Below, piece after piece: positions 1-10,074 of a stretch of 64,000 bases of DNA. Source of the stretch: an uncultured Spirochaetota bacterium (GTDB lineage: Bacteria > Spirochaetota > Spirochaetia > SZUA-6 > Fen-1364); NCBI GenBank assembly GCA_963734545.1, contig CAVTHO010000005.1, positions 448,001 to 512,000 on the forward strand, written 5' to 3'. The translations under genes were made by a program, and so were the position numbers. Position 1 is the first letter of the stretch, and each line of letters opens with the position of its first letter. Under the pieces are notes generated by a model. That model did no database searches. It saw only the letters and a program-made list of their open reading frames with translations, and had not been told where the DNA came from.

Positions 1-585
1 ACGCACGTGAACAACTCCTTCGTGCTCCTGAGCGGGTTCGCCTCCATGGTGGCCTCCGCCCTTTCCATGGGAAGCGGCGCCTACCTGGCCGTGAAGTCGG
101 AAAAGGAAGTCCACGAGGCGGAGCTCTCCCGTGAGCGCCACGAGATAAAGGAGAATCCCGACGAAGAGCGGGAGGAGCTTTCCCTCTTCTACCAGCTCAA
201 GGGCTTCTCGGAAGAGGAAGCCAATGCCATGGCGGCGCGCATGGCGGAGAACCCCGAGGAGATGCTGAAGACACTGGCGCACGAGGAGCTGGGTCTTTCC
301 GAGCAGGCGTTTCAGAACCCGTGGCGATCTGCCGCCAGCGCCACTGTGGCGACGGCCGTCGGGGCCGCGGTCCCCGTGCTCCCCTACCTTTTCTTCGGCG
401 GCATGGCCGCGCTGGTCACCTCGTTCGTCATCAGCACCCTCGCCCACTTCGCCGTGGGCGCGGCCAAGGTCGTGGTCACGGGGCGCTCCTGGTGGAAGAG
501 CGGCATGGAGATGATGGTGATCGGCCTGGGCGAGGCGGCCATCACCTACGGAATCGGGCTTCTCGTCGCACCCCTGCTCGGTTGA
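1..585 (+). CDS. VIT1/CCC1 family iron/manganese transporter, 5'-truncated by the window edge
   Basis: SMGSGAYLAVKSE, EEREELSLFYQLKG, EELG and GAAVPVLPY motifs typical of VIT1; hydrophobic C-terminus. Confidence 0.85.
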   Translation, partial: THVNNSFVLLSGFASMVASALSMGSGAYLAVKSEKEVHEAELSRERHEIKENPDEEREELSLFYQLKGFSEEEANAMAARMAENPEEMLKTLAHEELGLSEQAFQNPWRSAASATVATAVGAAVPVLPYLFFGGMAALVTSFVISTLAHFAVGAAKVVVTGRSWWKSGMEMMVIGLGEAAITYGIGLLVAPLLG

Positions 586-642
586 ACGCGCGAATCCTTG
601 ATATTCGCACCGTTCTGTGCGACACCGTGCAGGAGGTGAGCC

Positions 643-1215
643 ATGGCTGACAGGAATCCCCTTGGTGAGAAGGTGCGCACGATCCGCGAATCCCGGAGCA
701 TGAGCGTGGAGCAGCTCGCGGAACGGGCGGACCTGGCCCCGGAGCTGGTGGCGCAGATCGAGTCGGGCGCGCTCGTGCCTTCGCTGAGCCCCCTGATCCG
801 GATCGCCCGATCACTGGGCGTGCGGCTGGGTACGTTCCTTGACGAGCAGGCGCACGTGGGCCCCGTTATTTCGCGCGTGGGCGAGCATGAGACGGTCGTG
901 CGCTTTTCCGGCAGGGAGAGCCCCGCGCGCAGCGACCTGGATTTCTTCTCCCTCGCCGCGAACAAGGCCGGACGCCACATGGAACCGTTCCTCATCGACA
1001 TCCATCCGGGCTCCGCGCAGGGTGTCCGGCCTTCCACGCACGAGGGGGAGGAATTCCTCTACGTGCTTTCGGGCGAGGTGGAGGTCGTGTACGGCAAAGA
1101 CATGTACCGGCTGAAGGCAGGGGACTGCATGTACTACGACAGCATCGTGCCGCATCACGTGCACAGCGCCGCGGGCTCCGAGGCGCGTGTCGTGGCGGTG
1201 GTCTACGCGCCGTAG
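643..1215 (+). CDS. XRE-family HTH plus cupin transcriptional regulator
   Basis: N-terminal HTH (LGEKVRTIRE...PSLSPLIRIARSLGV), cupin motifs HEGEEFLYVLSG and YYDSIVPH; GGAGG RBS. Confidence 0.9.
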   Translation: MADRNPLGEKVRTIRESRSMSVEQLAERADLAPELVAQIESGALVPSLSPLIRIARSLGVRLGTFLDEQAHVGPVISRVGEHETVVRFSGRESPARSDLDFFSLAANKAGRHMEPFLIDIHPGSAQGVRPSTHEGEEFLYVLSGEVEVVYGKDMYRLKAGDCMYYDSIVPHHVHSAAGSEARVVAVVYAP

Positions 1216-1384
1216 ACAAGGATGTCGAGGGCGAGCGAGTCCAGGGATGGACGAGAGCGAGCCCGTAGACCTTCCGCGGTACTCCGCGGAGTTGGATGCG
1301 TAGCACGCCAAGGGCGTGCGGAGGGCGTCAGGTGTCCGCGAAGCGGACACCGAGAGCCGAGAGGGCGGCCGACCCTAGAACTTG
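1215..1384. repeat. Composite palindromic (REP/BIME-like) element between convergent genes
   Basis: Stack of hairpins (GACA-AGGA-TGTC, GTCCA-GGGA-TGGAC, CCGCGG-TACT-CCGCGG, GCACGCC-AAG-GGCGTGC, GGTGTCCGC-GAA-GCGGACACC); 1270-1298 and 1367-1384 recur at 11828-11856 and 11864-11881. Confidence 0.8.
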
Positions 1385-3279
1385 AATACCTCCAGCAGGG
1401 CGGTGGTCATCCATGGCACGTAGGTGATGACCAGGACAGCGGCGAGCATGACGAGCTGGAAGGGGATCACGTCCCGGTAGATCTGGATCACCGGTTTCTC
1501 GAACCTGTAGGAGGCGAGGAACAGGTTGAGGCCCAGAGGCGGGGTCACATACCCCAGCTCGAGATTGGCCAGGAAGATGATCCCCAGGTGCACGGGGTTG
1601 ATTCCGTACGCCACGGCCAGCGGGGTGATGAGCGGCACCACGATGGTGATGGCGGAAAAGATGTCGATGAAGAATCCCTTGATCAGGAGAACCAGGTTCA
1701 ACAGTATGAGGAACACGTAGGGCGAGTGCACGTAGGCGCGCAGCCATTGCGTGAGCTCCTGGGGGATCTGGGCATCCACGATGTAGTAGGACAGCCCGCT
1801 TGCGCACGCGAGGATGATGAGGATCCCCCCGAGGATGACCACGCTCTTCAGGAACACGGCCGGAAGCTGACGGATCTTCAGGTCCCGGTGGATCACGACC
1901 TCCAGGAACAGGGCGTAGATCACCGCCACCGCGCCCGTCTCCACGAGAGTCGTGACGCCGCGCAGGAACAGCACAAGGATGAGGAAGGGCAGGATGATCT
2001 CTCCGAGGGATTTCCAGAGCGCCTCGAGGGCCTGCCGGAGATCAAGGGCAGTGCGCGCCACCTTGTCCCTGCGCGCCCTCCAGATGCCCATGGCGGCAAG
2101 GCTGAGCACGAGGAAGGTCGCCCGGGAGGATGCCTCCGACGAACATCTGCTTGATGTTCGTGAGCGATACCACCCCGTAGAGGATCACGGGCAGGCTCGG
2201 CGGAAAGAGCAGGCCGATGCTTCCGGATGCAGTCAGCAGGCCTCGTCCGAACCGCTCGTTGTATCCGCCGCCTTTGAGGATGAACAGCAGCAGGCGTCCC
2301 GACCGCGATGATCGTGACCCCTGAAGCTCCCGTGAACGTGGTGAGGAATGCACAGATGAGGATGCTCATGAGGGCGAGGCCCCCGGGCAGCCAGCCGAAG
2401 AGCGTGCGGAAGAGCCTCACCAGCCGTTCACCGGATTTGCTCTCCGAGATGATATAGCCGGCCAGGGTGAACAGGGGGATCGAGGGAATGACGTCCCCCG
2501 TGATCATCGTGAAGGCCTGGTTGGCCGCGGTTTCCAGGGCGCCGTCCGCGTGGAAGAAGAACAGCAGCGCCAGGCCGCCGACCAGGACAAAGATGGGTCC
2601 GCCCAGGAAGACGCTCACGATCAGCACGATGATGAGGGGCAGGTACAGGGCGGAGAGGACCGGGCCGACCGCGGCCGCGAATGCCGGTCCGGCCGTGGAA
2701 AGCCATTCCGCGGCAGGCGACGCGCCGGGCAGAAGCGCCTGTACGGCATTCACCAGGGGTGTCCACCCGATGACCAGGCCGACAGGCACGCCCAGCAGGG
2801 CAATCCACCTTCGGCCGCTTCCCCGGGCAGGTGTCAGCACGAACCTGAGCGTCATGAAGCCGAAGCCGATGGGCATGATGAGCGCCGCGATCCGGATGGG
2901 GATGAATCCGACGCTCTGCGACGGGTCGAAAGCCGGACAGCACGAAGGAGAGGGCGGAGCCGGCCTGCACCGTGCAGATGGCCGTCGACACGAACGAGGT
3001 GCCGGTCGTCACCCACAGGCGCGCTTTCTCCGGTATTCTGTCGATCCCGATGCTCAATGAAAGGTGACTTTTCTCGCGCGTGGTGATCATGGCGCCGGCG
3101 AATGAGATCCACAGGACAAGGTAGCGGATGTAGTCGTTCGAGGCGCGCAGCGTCGGAAACCCGAGCACGCGCGCGACGATCGTGATCGCGAGAATCAGCG
3201 TGATGAGGATGAGCAGGGCCGGCGTGAAGGCGTTTTCCGCCGCGTGGACGGCCCTGCGCAAAGACACTTTCCGCATCAT
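1375..3279 (-). CDS. dctQM: Fused TRAP transporter small+large permease (DctQ-DctM), split by about 3 frameshifts
   Basis: DctQ-like N-part (YLVLWISFAGAMITTREKSHLS); DctM motifs IPLFTLAG, TGASGVT, SGSIGLLFPPSLP, GINPVHLGIIF, ELGYVTPPLGLNLF spread over ORFs 2428-3456, 1920-2876, 2042-2353 and 1375-2109. Confidence 0.85.
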
Positions 3280-3308
3280 CGTGAAGGTACCCGCGGATGC
3301 GGGGAACT

Positions 3309-3992
3309 TCAAGACGGCAGCACCCTGAGCCGGTAGCCGACGCCCGGTTCGGTGATGATCAGCTCGGGCATCTGCGGGTTGGATTCGATCTTCTTCCTGA
3401 GGCCCGTGATGTACACACGCAGGTAATTGGTTTCTTCGTCCATGTTCGGGCCCCACACCTCCCTGAGGAGCTGCCGGTGGGTGAGGATCCGGCCCGCGTG
3501 CTGCACGAACAGGCGCAGGAGCCCGTACTCCGTCGGAGTCAGCTTCACGGGGTCCCCTGCCACCTTCACCTGCCTGTCCAGCAGGTCCACGGAGAGTCGG
3601 CCGGTGGCGAAGACCTCCTGCGCTTCCTGGGGTGCGCGGTGGCGGATCGCCACCTTCATGCGGGCAATCAGCTCGCCGGTGTTGAACGGTTTGATGACGT
3701 AGTCATCCGCTCCGGCGTCCAGGAGATGCACGATGTCCTCCTCCGCGTTCCTCACCGAGAGGATGATCACGGGGACCGTTGACCATGACCGGAGCTCCGC
3801 CAGGATCGCGGCTCCGTCCCTGTCAGGAAGCCCCAGGTCCAGCAGCACGAGGTCGGGCTTCTTGCCCAGCACCATCTGCAGACCGTCCCCGCCGGTGGCC
3901 GCCTCATGCACCGCGTATCCCAGCTTTTCCAGCGTGACGCGCAGGAGTCTGCGGATCTGCACCTCGTCGTCGATCACCAGGACGCTGGTCAC
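3309..3992 (-). CDS. kdpE: KdpE response regulator (OmpR family)
   Basis: DLVLLDLGLPDRDG, GADDYVIKPF, LTHRQLLREVWG, YLRVYI, TEPGVGYRL; overlaps the kdpD stop. Confidence 0.95.
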   Translation of the reverse strand: MTSVLVIDDEVQIRRLLRVTLEKLGYAVHEAATGGDGLQMVLGKKPDLVLLDLGLPDRDGAAILAELRSWSTVPVIILSVRNAEEDIVHLLDAGADDYVIKPFNTGELIARMKVAIRHRAPQEAQEVFATGRLSVDLLDRQVKVAGDPVKLTPTEYGLLRLFVQHAGRILTHRQLLREVWGPNMDEETNYLRVYITGLRKKIESNPQMPELIITEPGVGYRLRVLPS

Positions 3993-6676
3993 GTTGACTC
4001 CGGTCGCGCCGGATCGGCAACCGTGACGATGCTGTCCGGCAGGATGATGCTGATCGAAAGACCGCCCTTGCGGTTGACGTAGGCGGTGATGCGTCCCCCA
4101 TGGGCCTCGACGATGCCCTTGCAGATCGAAAGTCCGAGCCCGACCCCCCCTGTTGCCGCCCTTTTGCCCCGGAAAAAAGTGTCGAAAAGATGCGGCAATT
4201 CCTCGGGAGCCACCCCGGGCCCCTCGTCCGCCACCGTGATCCCGATACCGTTTTCGATTCTTTCGACGCCGAGCTGGATCGGCGTGCCGGCCGGCGTGTG
4301 CTTCGCCGAGTTGGTGAGGATGTTGGTGAGCACCTGCACCATGAGGATGAAATCCATCGATACGGCGGGAACCGATTCGTCGATGCTGATCGACAACGGG
4401 TGATCTTTCGACTGCCGGCGCAGGGCGTCGGCCACCACGGACACAAGGTCGAAAATATCGGTTTCCGACCTCTTGAGCTTGAGCATTCCCGATTCGAGCC
4501 GGCTCATGCTGAGCAGGTTCTCCACGATCGCGTTCAGCCTGTCTGTCGCGGTGAGCGTTTCCGCCAGGAGCAGGTCCCTGGTCTCGGGGTCTTCAGCCGT
4601 GGAGGCGTCCATCAGCGCCGTGATCGAACCCTTGATCGCGGTGAGCGGTGTACGCAGCTCATGGGAAACGGTGTTGAGGAGGACCCGGCCCAGGCGCTCG
4701 GATTCGCGCGCCATGAGGTTCCTGCGGTTCTCCTCAGACAGGAGCTCTCTCTCTATGGAGACGGCCAGGGACCTGCCGAGCATCTGGAGGGAATCCTCGT
4801 GGTCCTGCAACCAGCTCTTGCCCTCCGCCAGGCTGATGCCCAGAACCCCGACCGCAGAGTCGGGGGTCAGCAGGGGAATATAATGGAACCGCGCCATGTG
4901 CAGGGTGTCCGTGTACCTGCCGCAGGGGGTGCGGCTGTCGAAGCACCAGCGCGCCACGCCGAACTCCTTCTCGTCGATTTCGGCCGTCTTCAGTGCGCGC
5001 GCGTTTCTCTCCAGCCCCCCCGTGTCGTCCCTGAGGAACACGATCATGTCCGCTTCGATGTACCGGGAGATGTATTCCAGTCCTGTGAGCACGATGTCAG
5101 ACAGCGTGCGGGGGAGGGAGAGCGCCTGGGAAAAGTCCAGGAGCAGAGACAATCGTCGTGCACGCACCGAAAGCATGACCTGGTTGGTCCGGATGCGAGA
5201 CATGAGGAAGGCCAGGGCAGCGGCGGTCACGAAGAAAAGGAAGAACATCAGAATATCTTCGAGCTTGCTGATCGAGAACGTGAAGCGCGGGGGGATGAAG
5301 AAGTAGTCCCACAACAGGGCGCTCAGGCCCGCGGAAATGAGCACCGAAACTCTATTGGCGAAAAAAGCAACTCCGATCACGGCGAGGAGATAGAGGATCG
5401 AGACGGAACGGTAGCCGACCACGGGAAGCGCAGCGAGGCTGATGACCGTCACAACGGCGATGGCGAGGAGCATCTTGGCGATCGAGGCCCGCTCGGGCCG
5501 CAGGTAGGAGGAAAGCGGCACCCGGGGCCGAGAGAGGGCGGTGCCCGTCTCCTGGACCACTGCAATGTCGATGTCACCGCTCATACGCAGGAGATTCTCC
5601 GCGATGCTCCGCCCGCGGAAAGGCCGGACCCGGCCGACCAGGCCGGATTTGCCCACTACTATTTCGGTGATGGCGTTGGCCCGTGCGAAGCGAATGACGG
5701 CAAGGGGCACATTATCCGAAGGGATGGTCACCACCGCGGCTCCGAGCGAGCGCGCGAGATTCATGTTTTTCCTCAGCGTCTCCTGAGCCGCCTCACCGAG
5801 CGGCGTCCCGATCTCGACGTAGAGGACGGTCCATTCCGCTTTCAGGTTGAATGCCCTTTGCCGGGTCCAGCGGATGAGGTGAGCAGAGTTCGGGCTCGCG
5901 CTGATGGCCACCAGGAGGCGTTCACCCGACAATGCCGAGGTTGGCTGACTTTGTTCCTGGGCGTAGTCTGCGAGCTGGTGTGTGACGAGGAGTGCCGTGT
6001 GGCGCAGCGCCATCTCGCGCAGGGCGGTCAGCGTGCTTTTCTTGAAGAAGTTGTCCGCTGCCGCCTGCGCTCTTTCCCCGAGGTAGACCTTTCCTTCTGC
6101 AAGGCGCTTCAGGAGTTCTTCAGGGGAAATATCGATCAAGACCACCTGGTCCGCCGTGTCGAACACCGAATCCGGTATCCGCTCCATGATCGTGATGCCG
6201 GTGATCTCTTCCACCGTGTCGGCGAACCCTTCCAGGTGCTGCACATTGACCGTAGTGAATACGTCGATGCCGCGATCGATGAGCTCCAGGACATCCTGGT
6301 ATCTCTTCCTGTTGCGTGCGCCGGGGGCATTGGTATGCGCCAGCTCGTCCACGAGCACCAGGCCGGGTCTCCGGGCAAGAACCGCGTCGAGGTCCATCTC
6401 CTGAAGCGTCTTCCCCCGATACTCCAGGCTCATCCGGGGAACGAGCTCGATTCCGGCGGCAAGCTCATCCGTTTCTTTTCTCTGATGGCTTTCCAGGTAG
6501 CCGATGACCACATCGACGCCTTCTTCCTTCTTCTGTATTCCCTCCTTGAGCATGGAGAAAGTCTTGCCCACACCTGCGGCCATGCCGAAGAATACCTTGA
6601 GCTTCCCTTTTCCGCTCTGCTCCCTTTCTGCGATACGGAGAAGAGCATCAGGATCCGGTCGTCCTTCGTCACTCAC
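3989..6676 (-). CDS. kdpD: KdpD sensor histidine kinase (probable GTG start 6676)
   Basis: RPDPDALL, GKLKVFFGMAAGVGKT, LVDELAHTN, NVQHLE, USP domain, 4 TM helices, GAF, SHELRTPL H-box, HATPase. Confidence 0.95.
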   Translation of the reverse strand: MSDEGRPDPDALLRIAEREQSGKGKLKVFFGMAAGVGKTFSMLKEGIQKKEEGVDVVIGYLESHQRKETDELAAGIELVPRMSLEYRGKTLQEMDLDAVLARRPGLVLVDELAHTNAPGARNRKRYQDVLELIDRGIDVFTTVNVQHLEGFADTVEEITGITIMERIPDSVFDTADQVVLIDISPEELLKRLAEGKVYLGERAQAAADNFFKKSTLTALREMALRHTALLVTHQLADYAQEQSQPTSALSGERLLVAISASPNSAHLIRWTRQRAFNLKAEWTVLYVEIGTPLGEAAQETLRKNMNLARSLGAAVVTIPSDNVPLAVIRFARANAITEIVVGKSGLVGRVRPFRGRSIAENLLRMSGDIDIAVVQETGTALSRPRVPLSSYLRPERASIAKMLLAIAVVTVISLAALPVVGYRSVSILYLLAVIGVAFFANRVSVLISAGLSALLWDYFFIPPRFTFSISKLEDILMFFLFFVTAAALAFLMSRIRTNQVMLSVRARRLSLLLDFSQALSLPRTLSDIVLTGLEYISRYIEADMIVFLRDDTGGLERNARALKTAEIDEKEFGVARWCFDSRTPCGRYTDTLHMARFHYIPLLTPDSAVGVLGISLAEGKSWLQDHEDSLQMLGRSLAVSIERELLSEENRRNLMARESERLGRVLLNTVSHELRTPLTAIKGSITALMDASTAEDPETRDLLLAETLTATDRLNAIVENLLSMSRLESGMLKLKRSETDIFDLVSVVADALRRQSKDHPLSISIDESVPAVSMDFILMVQVLTNILTNSAKHTPAGTPIQLGVERIENGIGITVADEGPGVAPEELPHLFDTFFRGKRAATGGVGLGLSICKGIVEAHGGRITAYVNRKGGLSISIILPDSIVTVADPARPEST

Positions 6677-6737
6677 AGAGGCTCGTCCTTTTGCCGTGAA
6701 GGGTACAGCGGCCCGGGCTTCTAGAAAAGGCCCGTGT

Positions 6738-7385
6738 TCAACGGGACGCGCGCTGCAGGGCAAGATACGCGGCAGAGCCATTCACGTTTTCATTGCCGGC
6801 AGCCAGATCGAGCGCAGTTTTCCCCCCGCGGTTCTTCAGCTCCGTTGCGGCACCCGCATCGAGCAGACGGCCGAGCACGAGGGGGTTCACATTGAACTCC
6901 GCGGCGAACATGAGGGGCGTCATGCCCGACTCATCGCTGGCGTTCATCTCCGCCCCAGCCGCCAGAAGGGCGCCGAGCACTTTCTCGTTTGGATTGTATC
7001 GTGCGGCCAGCATCAGGGCGGTAGACCCGAAGAAATCCCTGTCCTGGACCCGGGCGCCTGCGTCGAGGAGCGCCTGCAGGGTTCTTGTGCTCTTGTTGGA
7101 GCGTGCCGCGTACATGAGCGGGGTATCGTCCAAGGAGTCTTTCTCCCAGACGTGCGCGCCGGCGGCAAGAAGCATGGACACCACGTCGGGATCCTGATTG
7201 CTGCCTGCCGCTGCCATAAGCGGCGTGACCCCGAGCCTGTCACTTTGTCCTGCGCTCGCACCCTCCATGATCGCTGCGAGCACCTGCTTCGACGTCCCAA
7301 AGGCGGCGATGTCGTAAAAGCTCGTCTGTGCGCCCGCCAAAGAACCGAGCAGCAGCAGCACCGCGCACGCCGTGGTTCTTTTCAT
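6738..7385 (-). CDS. Secreted ankyrin-repeat protein
   Basis: Signal peptide MKRTTACAVLLLLGSLAGA; about 5 ankyrin repeats (GVTPLMAAA, DTPLMYAA, GSTALMLAA, GMTPLMFAA, GKTALDLA); ATG overlaps the kdpC stop. Confidence 0.85.
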   Translation of the reverse strand: MKRTTACAVLLLLGSLAGAQTSFYDIAAFGTSKQVLAAIMEGASAGQSDRLGVTPLMAAAGSNQDPDVVSMLLAAGAHVWEKDSLDDTPLMYAARSNKSTRTLQALLDAGARVQDRDFFGSTALMLAARYNPNEKVLGALLAAGAEMNASDESGMTPLMFAAEFNVNPLVLGRLLDAGAATELKNRGGKTALDLAAGNENVNGSAAYLALQRASR

Positions 7386-7957
7386 TTCTGCGCGGGGAAC
7401 GCCGCATCGAGGGCGAGATTCAGCAGGAGGACGTTGACGCGCCGCTCGCCAAGGAATCCGAGCTGAGGGCCCTCCTCGGAGCGCTTCACCAGCGCGAGAA
7501 GCCCTGCCGCAGAGTCCGAGGACAGGTGGCGCGCAGCCGCTACCCGCGGCACCTGGAGCTCCGCTGCCCCGGGGCTGATGTGCGGGTCCAGGCCGCTGCC
7601 GGAAGCGAAGAGCATGTCCATGGGCGGCTCCCCGGCTCCATAGGATTTCTGCCAATCCGCCTTGTTCTGCGTGTATGCCTTTTTCAAGTCCGCGCTCGTC
7701 CACCCCTTGTTGCTCGCACCTGAAGAGGACGGGTCGTAGCCGATAACCGAGGGCCGGGAATGAAAGTACGTGTCGTTGGAGAAGTCCTGTCCGATCAACG
7801 TCGAACCGACCACCTTCCCATTCTTCTCGACGAGGCTGCCCTGCGCCTGCCCGGGGAAGAATACGATGCCGACCCCATACATGAGCAGCGGGTACATGCC
7901 GCCCACGACGATTGTCCAGAAGATCGTGACGATAATTGCCGTTCGTACTGGTTTCAT
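7382..7957 (-). CDS. kdpC: K+-transporting ATPase subunit C
   Basis: GSTLIGQDF, YFHSRPS, SGASN, ASGSGLDPHIS, VNVLLLNLALD. Confidence 0.96.
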   Translation of the reverse strand: MKPVRTAIIVTIFWTIVVGGMYPLLMYGVGIVFFPGQAQGSLVEKNGKVVGSTLIGQDFSNDTYFHSRPSVIGYDPSSSGASNKGWTSADLKKAYTQNKADWQKSYGAGEPPMDMLFASGSGLDPHISPGAAELQVPRVAAARHLSSDSAAGLLALVKRSEEGPQLGFLGERRVNVLLLNLALDAAFPAQK

Positions 7958-7970
7958 ACGATTTCTCCTC

Positions 7971-10046
7971 TCACGCCAGGCCGATCACGTGGACCAGAAG
8001 GTCGATCGCCTTGATGCCGATGAAGGGAGCGATGATCCCTCCCACGCCGTAGATAAGCAGATTTCTTCTCAGGATCCGGATGGACCCGACGGCGCGGTAG
8101 CGCACCCCCCGGAGCGCCAACGGGATCAGGGCTACGATGATGAGCGCGTTGAAAATGACCGCCGAAAGCACCGCGCTCTGCGGTGAGGCCAACTGCATTA
8201 CATTCAACGCCCCAAGCGGCCCCACGCCCCCTGCTGCAGCGTATAGTCCGAGGAACATGGCGGGCAGGATCGCGAAGAACTTGGCCACGTCGTTTGCAAT
8301 GCTGAACGTGGTGAGCGCCCCGCGCGTCATGAGCTGCTCTTTGCCCACTTCGACAATGTCAATCAGCTTGGTGGGATTCGAATCCAGGTCCACCATGTTT
8401 CCCGCTTCGCGCGCCACCTGGGTGCCCGAGCTCATCGCTACTCCCACGTCGGCCTGTGCCAGGGCCGGCGCGTCGTTCGTGCCGTCCCCAATCATCGCCA
8501 CCAGATGGCCGCTCTTCTGCTCGGCGCGGATGCGCTCGAGCTTTGCCTGCGGTGTGGCCTCCGCGATGTAGTCGTCGACTCCTGCCTCTGCGGCAATCGT
8601 TGCGGCCGTGAGGGGATTGTCGCCCGTGATCATGATCGAGCGAATTCCCATCTTGCGGAGGTGGAAAAGGCGATCCTTGATGCCTCCCTTTACGACATCT
8701 TTCAGGTACACGACACCGAGAACCTCTTTGTTGCGTGCCACTGCCAGAGGTGTCCCGCCTTCGGCAGAGATCTGGCTGACCCGGCCGCTCACTTCTGCCG
8801 GGAAGGTCCCGCCCGCGGACACGACCCATTCCTTGACCGCTTCCGCGGCGCCTTTCCTGATGCTCTTCCGCGAATCCGTGAAATCCACGCCGCTCATGCG
8901 TGTCTTGGCGGAGAAGGGCACGAACTTGCCCCCGATCTCAATCATGCTCCCGGCCTTGACTGGATAGTTCCTCCGGGCAAAGTTGACGATCGATCTGCCT
9001 TCGGGGGTCTCATCCGCAAGGGAGGCGAGCAGAGCCGCCTCTGCAAGGCTGTTCTCCTGCACCCCCATTGCAGGGTAGAAGGCCGATGCCATCCTGTTGC
9101 CCATTGTGACGGTGCCCGTCTTGTCCAACAGCATCACGTCGATGTCCCCGGCAGCATCCACTGCGCGGCCGCTGAGTGCGAGCACGTTTTTTTTAATAAG
9201 CCTGCTCACGCTGCTGATCCCGATGGCCGAAAGAAGTCCTCCGATCGTCGTCGGGATAAGGCAGACGAGCAGGGCGAAAAGGACCGCCGTTGTGACGAAG
9301 GCGCTCGTTCCGGACTGCTTGACGCTGTAGTCGGAGAAGAACCACAGCGTGCCCACTGCCGCGAGGAAGATGATGGAGAAGGCGGAGAGGAGTATGAGAA
9401 GGGCGATTTCACCCGGGGTCTTCTGCCGGGTGGCATTCTCCACCAGGGCTATCAGTCGGTCTACGAAGGTTTTTCCCTGCTCCGCGGTGATACGGACGAT
9501 GATTCTGTCGCTGATGACCTTGGTTCCGCCCGTCACTGCGCTCCTGTCGCCCCCGGACTCGCGGATCACGGGAGCAGATTCCCCGGTAATTGCGGACTCG
9601 TCAACGCTCGCGATCCCTTCGATGACTTCGCCGTCTCCCGGGATTACGTCTCCGGCTTCGCAGACGACCCGATCACCTACCCGCAGCTCTGCTGAGGCGA
9701 CCCTCTCTTCTCTTCCATTTTGAGAGGCGAGCCGGCGAGCGACAGTCTTTGTGCGCATCGCGCGCAGGGCATCAGCCCTGGCTTTGCCCTGGATCTCGGC
9801 CATGGACTCGGAGAAGTTGGCAAAGAGGACCGTGAACCATAGCCAGATTGCGATCTGCAGGTTGAATCCGTCGAAGACCCCGCGCACCAGTCCGGCGATG
9901 AACACCACCGAGATGAACACGGAGCCGACCCAGACCATGAACATGACCGGATTCCTGATCTCTTTCCGCGGATCGAGCTTGAGAAAGGCCATTCCCACCG
10001 CGCGGCTCAGGATGGGGAAGCTCCACAATTGTATTTCTTTGCGCAT
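7971..10046 (-). CDS. kdpB: K+-transporting P-type ATPase subunit B
   Basis: [26 protein letters not shown] phosphorylation motif, [20 protein letters not shown]. Confidence 0.97.
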   Translation of the reverse strand: MRKEIQLWSFPILSRAVGMAFLKLDPRKEIRNPVMFMVWVGSVFISVVFIAGLVRGVFDGFNLQIAIWLWFTVLFANFSESMAEIQGKARADALRAMRTKTVARRLASQNGREERVASAELRVGDRVVCEAGDVIPGDGEVIEGIASVDESAITGESAPVIRESGGDRSAVTGGTKVISDRIIVRITAEQGKTFVDRLIALVENATRQKTPGEIALLILLSAFSIIFLAAVGTLWFFSDYSVKQSGTSAFVTTAVLFALLVCLIPTTIGGLLSAIGISSVSRLIKKNVLALSGRAVDAAGDIDVMLLDKTGTVTMGNRMASAFYPAMGVQENSLAEAALLASLADETPEGRSIVNFARRNYPVKAGSMIEIGGKFVPFSAKTRMSGVDFTDSRKSIRKGAAEAVKEWVVSAGGTFPAEVSGRVSQISAEGGTPLAVARNKEVLGVVYLKDVVKGGIKDRLFHLRKMGIRSIMITGDNPLTAATIAAEAGVDDYIAEATPQAKLERIRAEQKSGHLVAMIGDGTNDAPALAQADVGVAMSSGTQVAREAGNMVDLDSNPTKLIDIVEVGKEQLMTRGALTTFSIANDVAKFFAILPAMFLGLYAAAGGVGPLGALNVMQLASPQSAVLSAVIFNALIIVALIPLALRGVRYRAVGSIRILRRNLLIYGVGGIIAPFIGIKAIDLLVHVIGLA

Positions 10047-10074
10047 CCATGTCTCCTTTCAAGACAGCAACACC

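Noticed and set aside
4100-6724. 874-aa plus-strand ORF and other long antisense ORFs (8505-9695, 33113-34762, 42457-44130, 57485-58870)
   Set aside because: They are shadow frames opposite well-supported genes, expected in high-GC DNA, and have no recognisable motifs.
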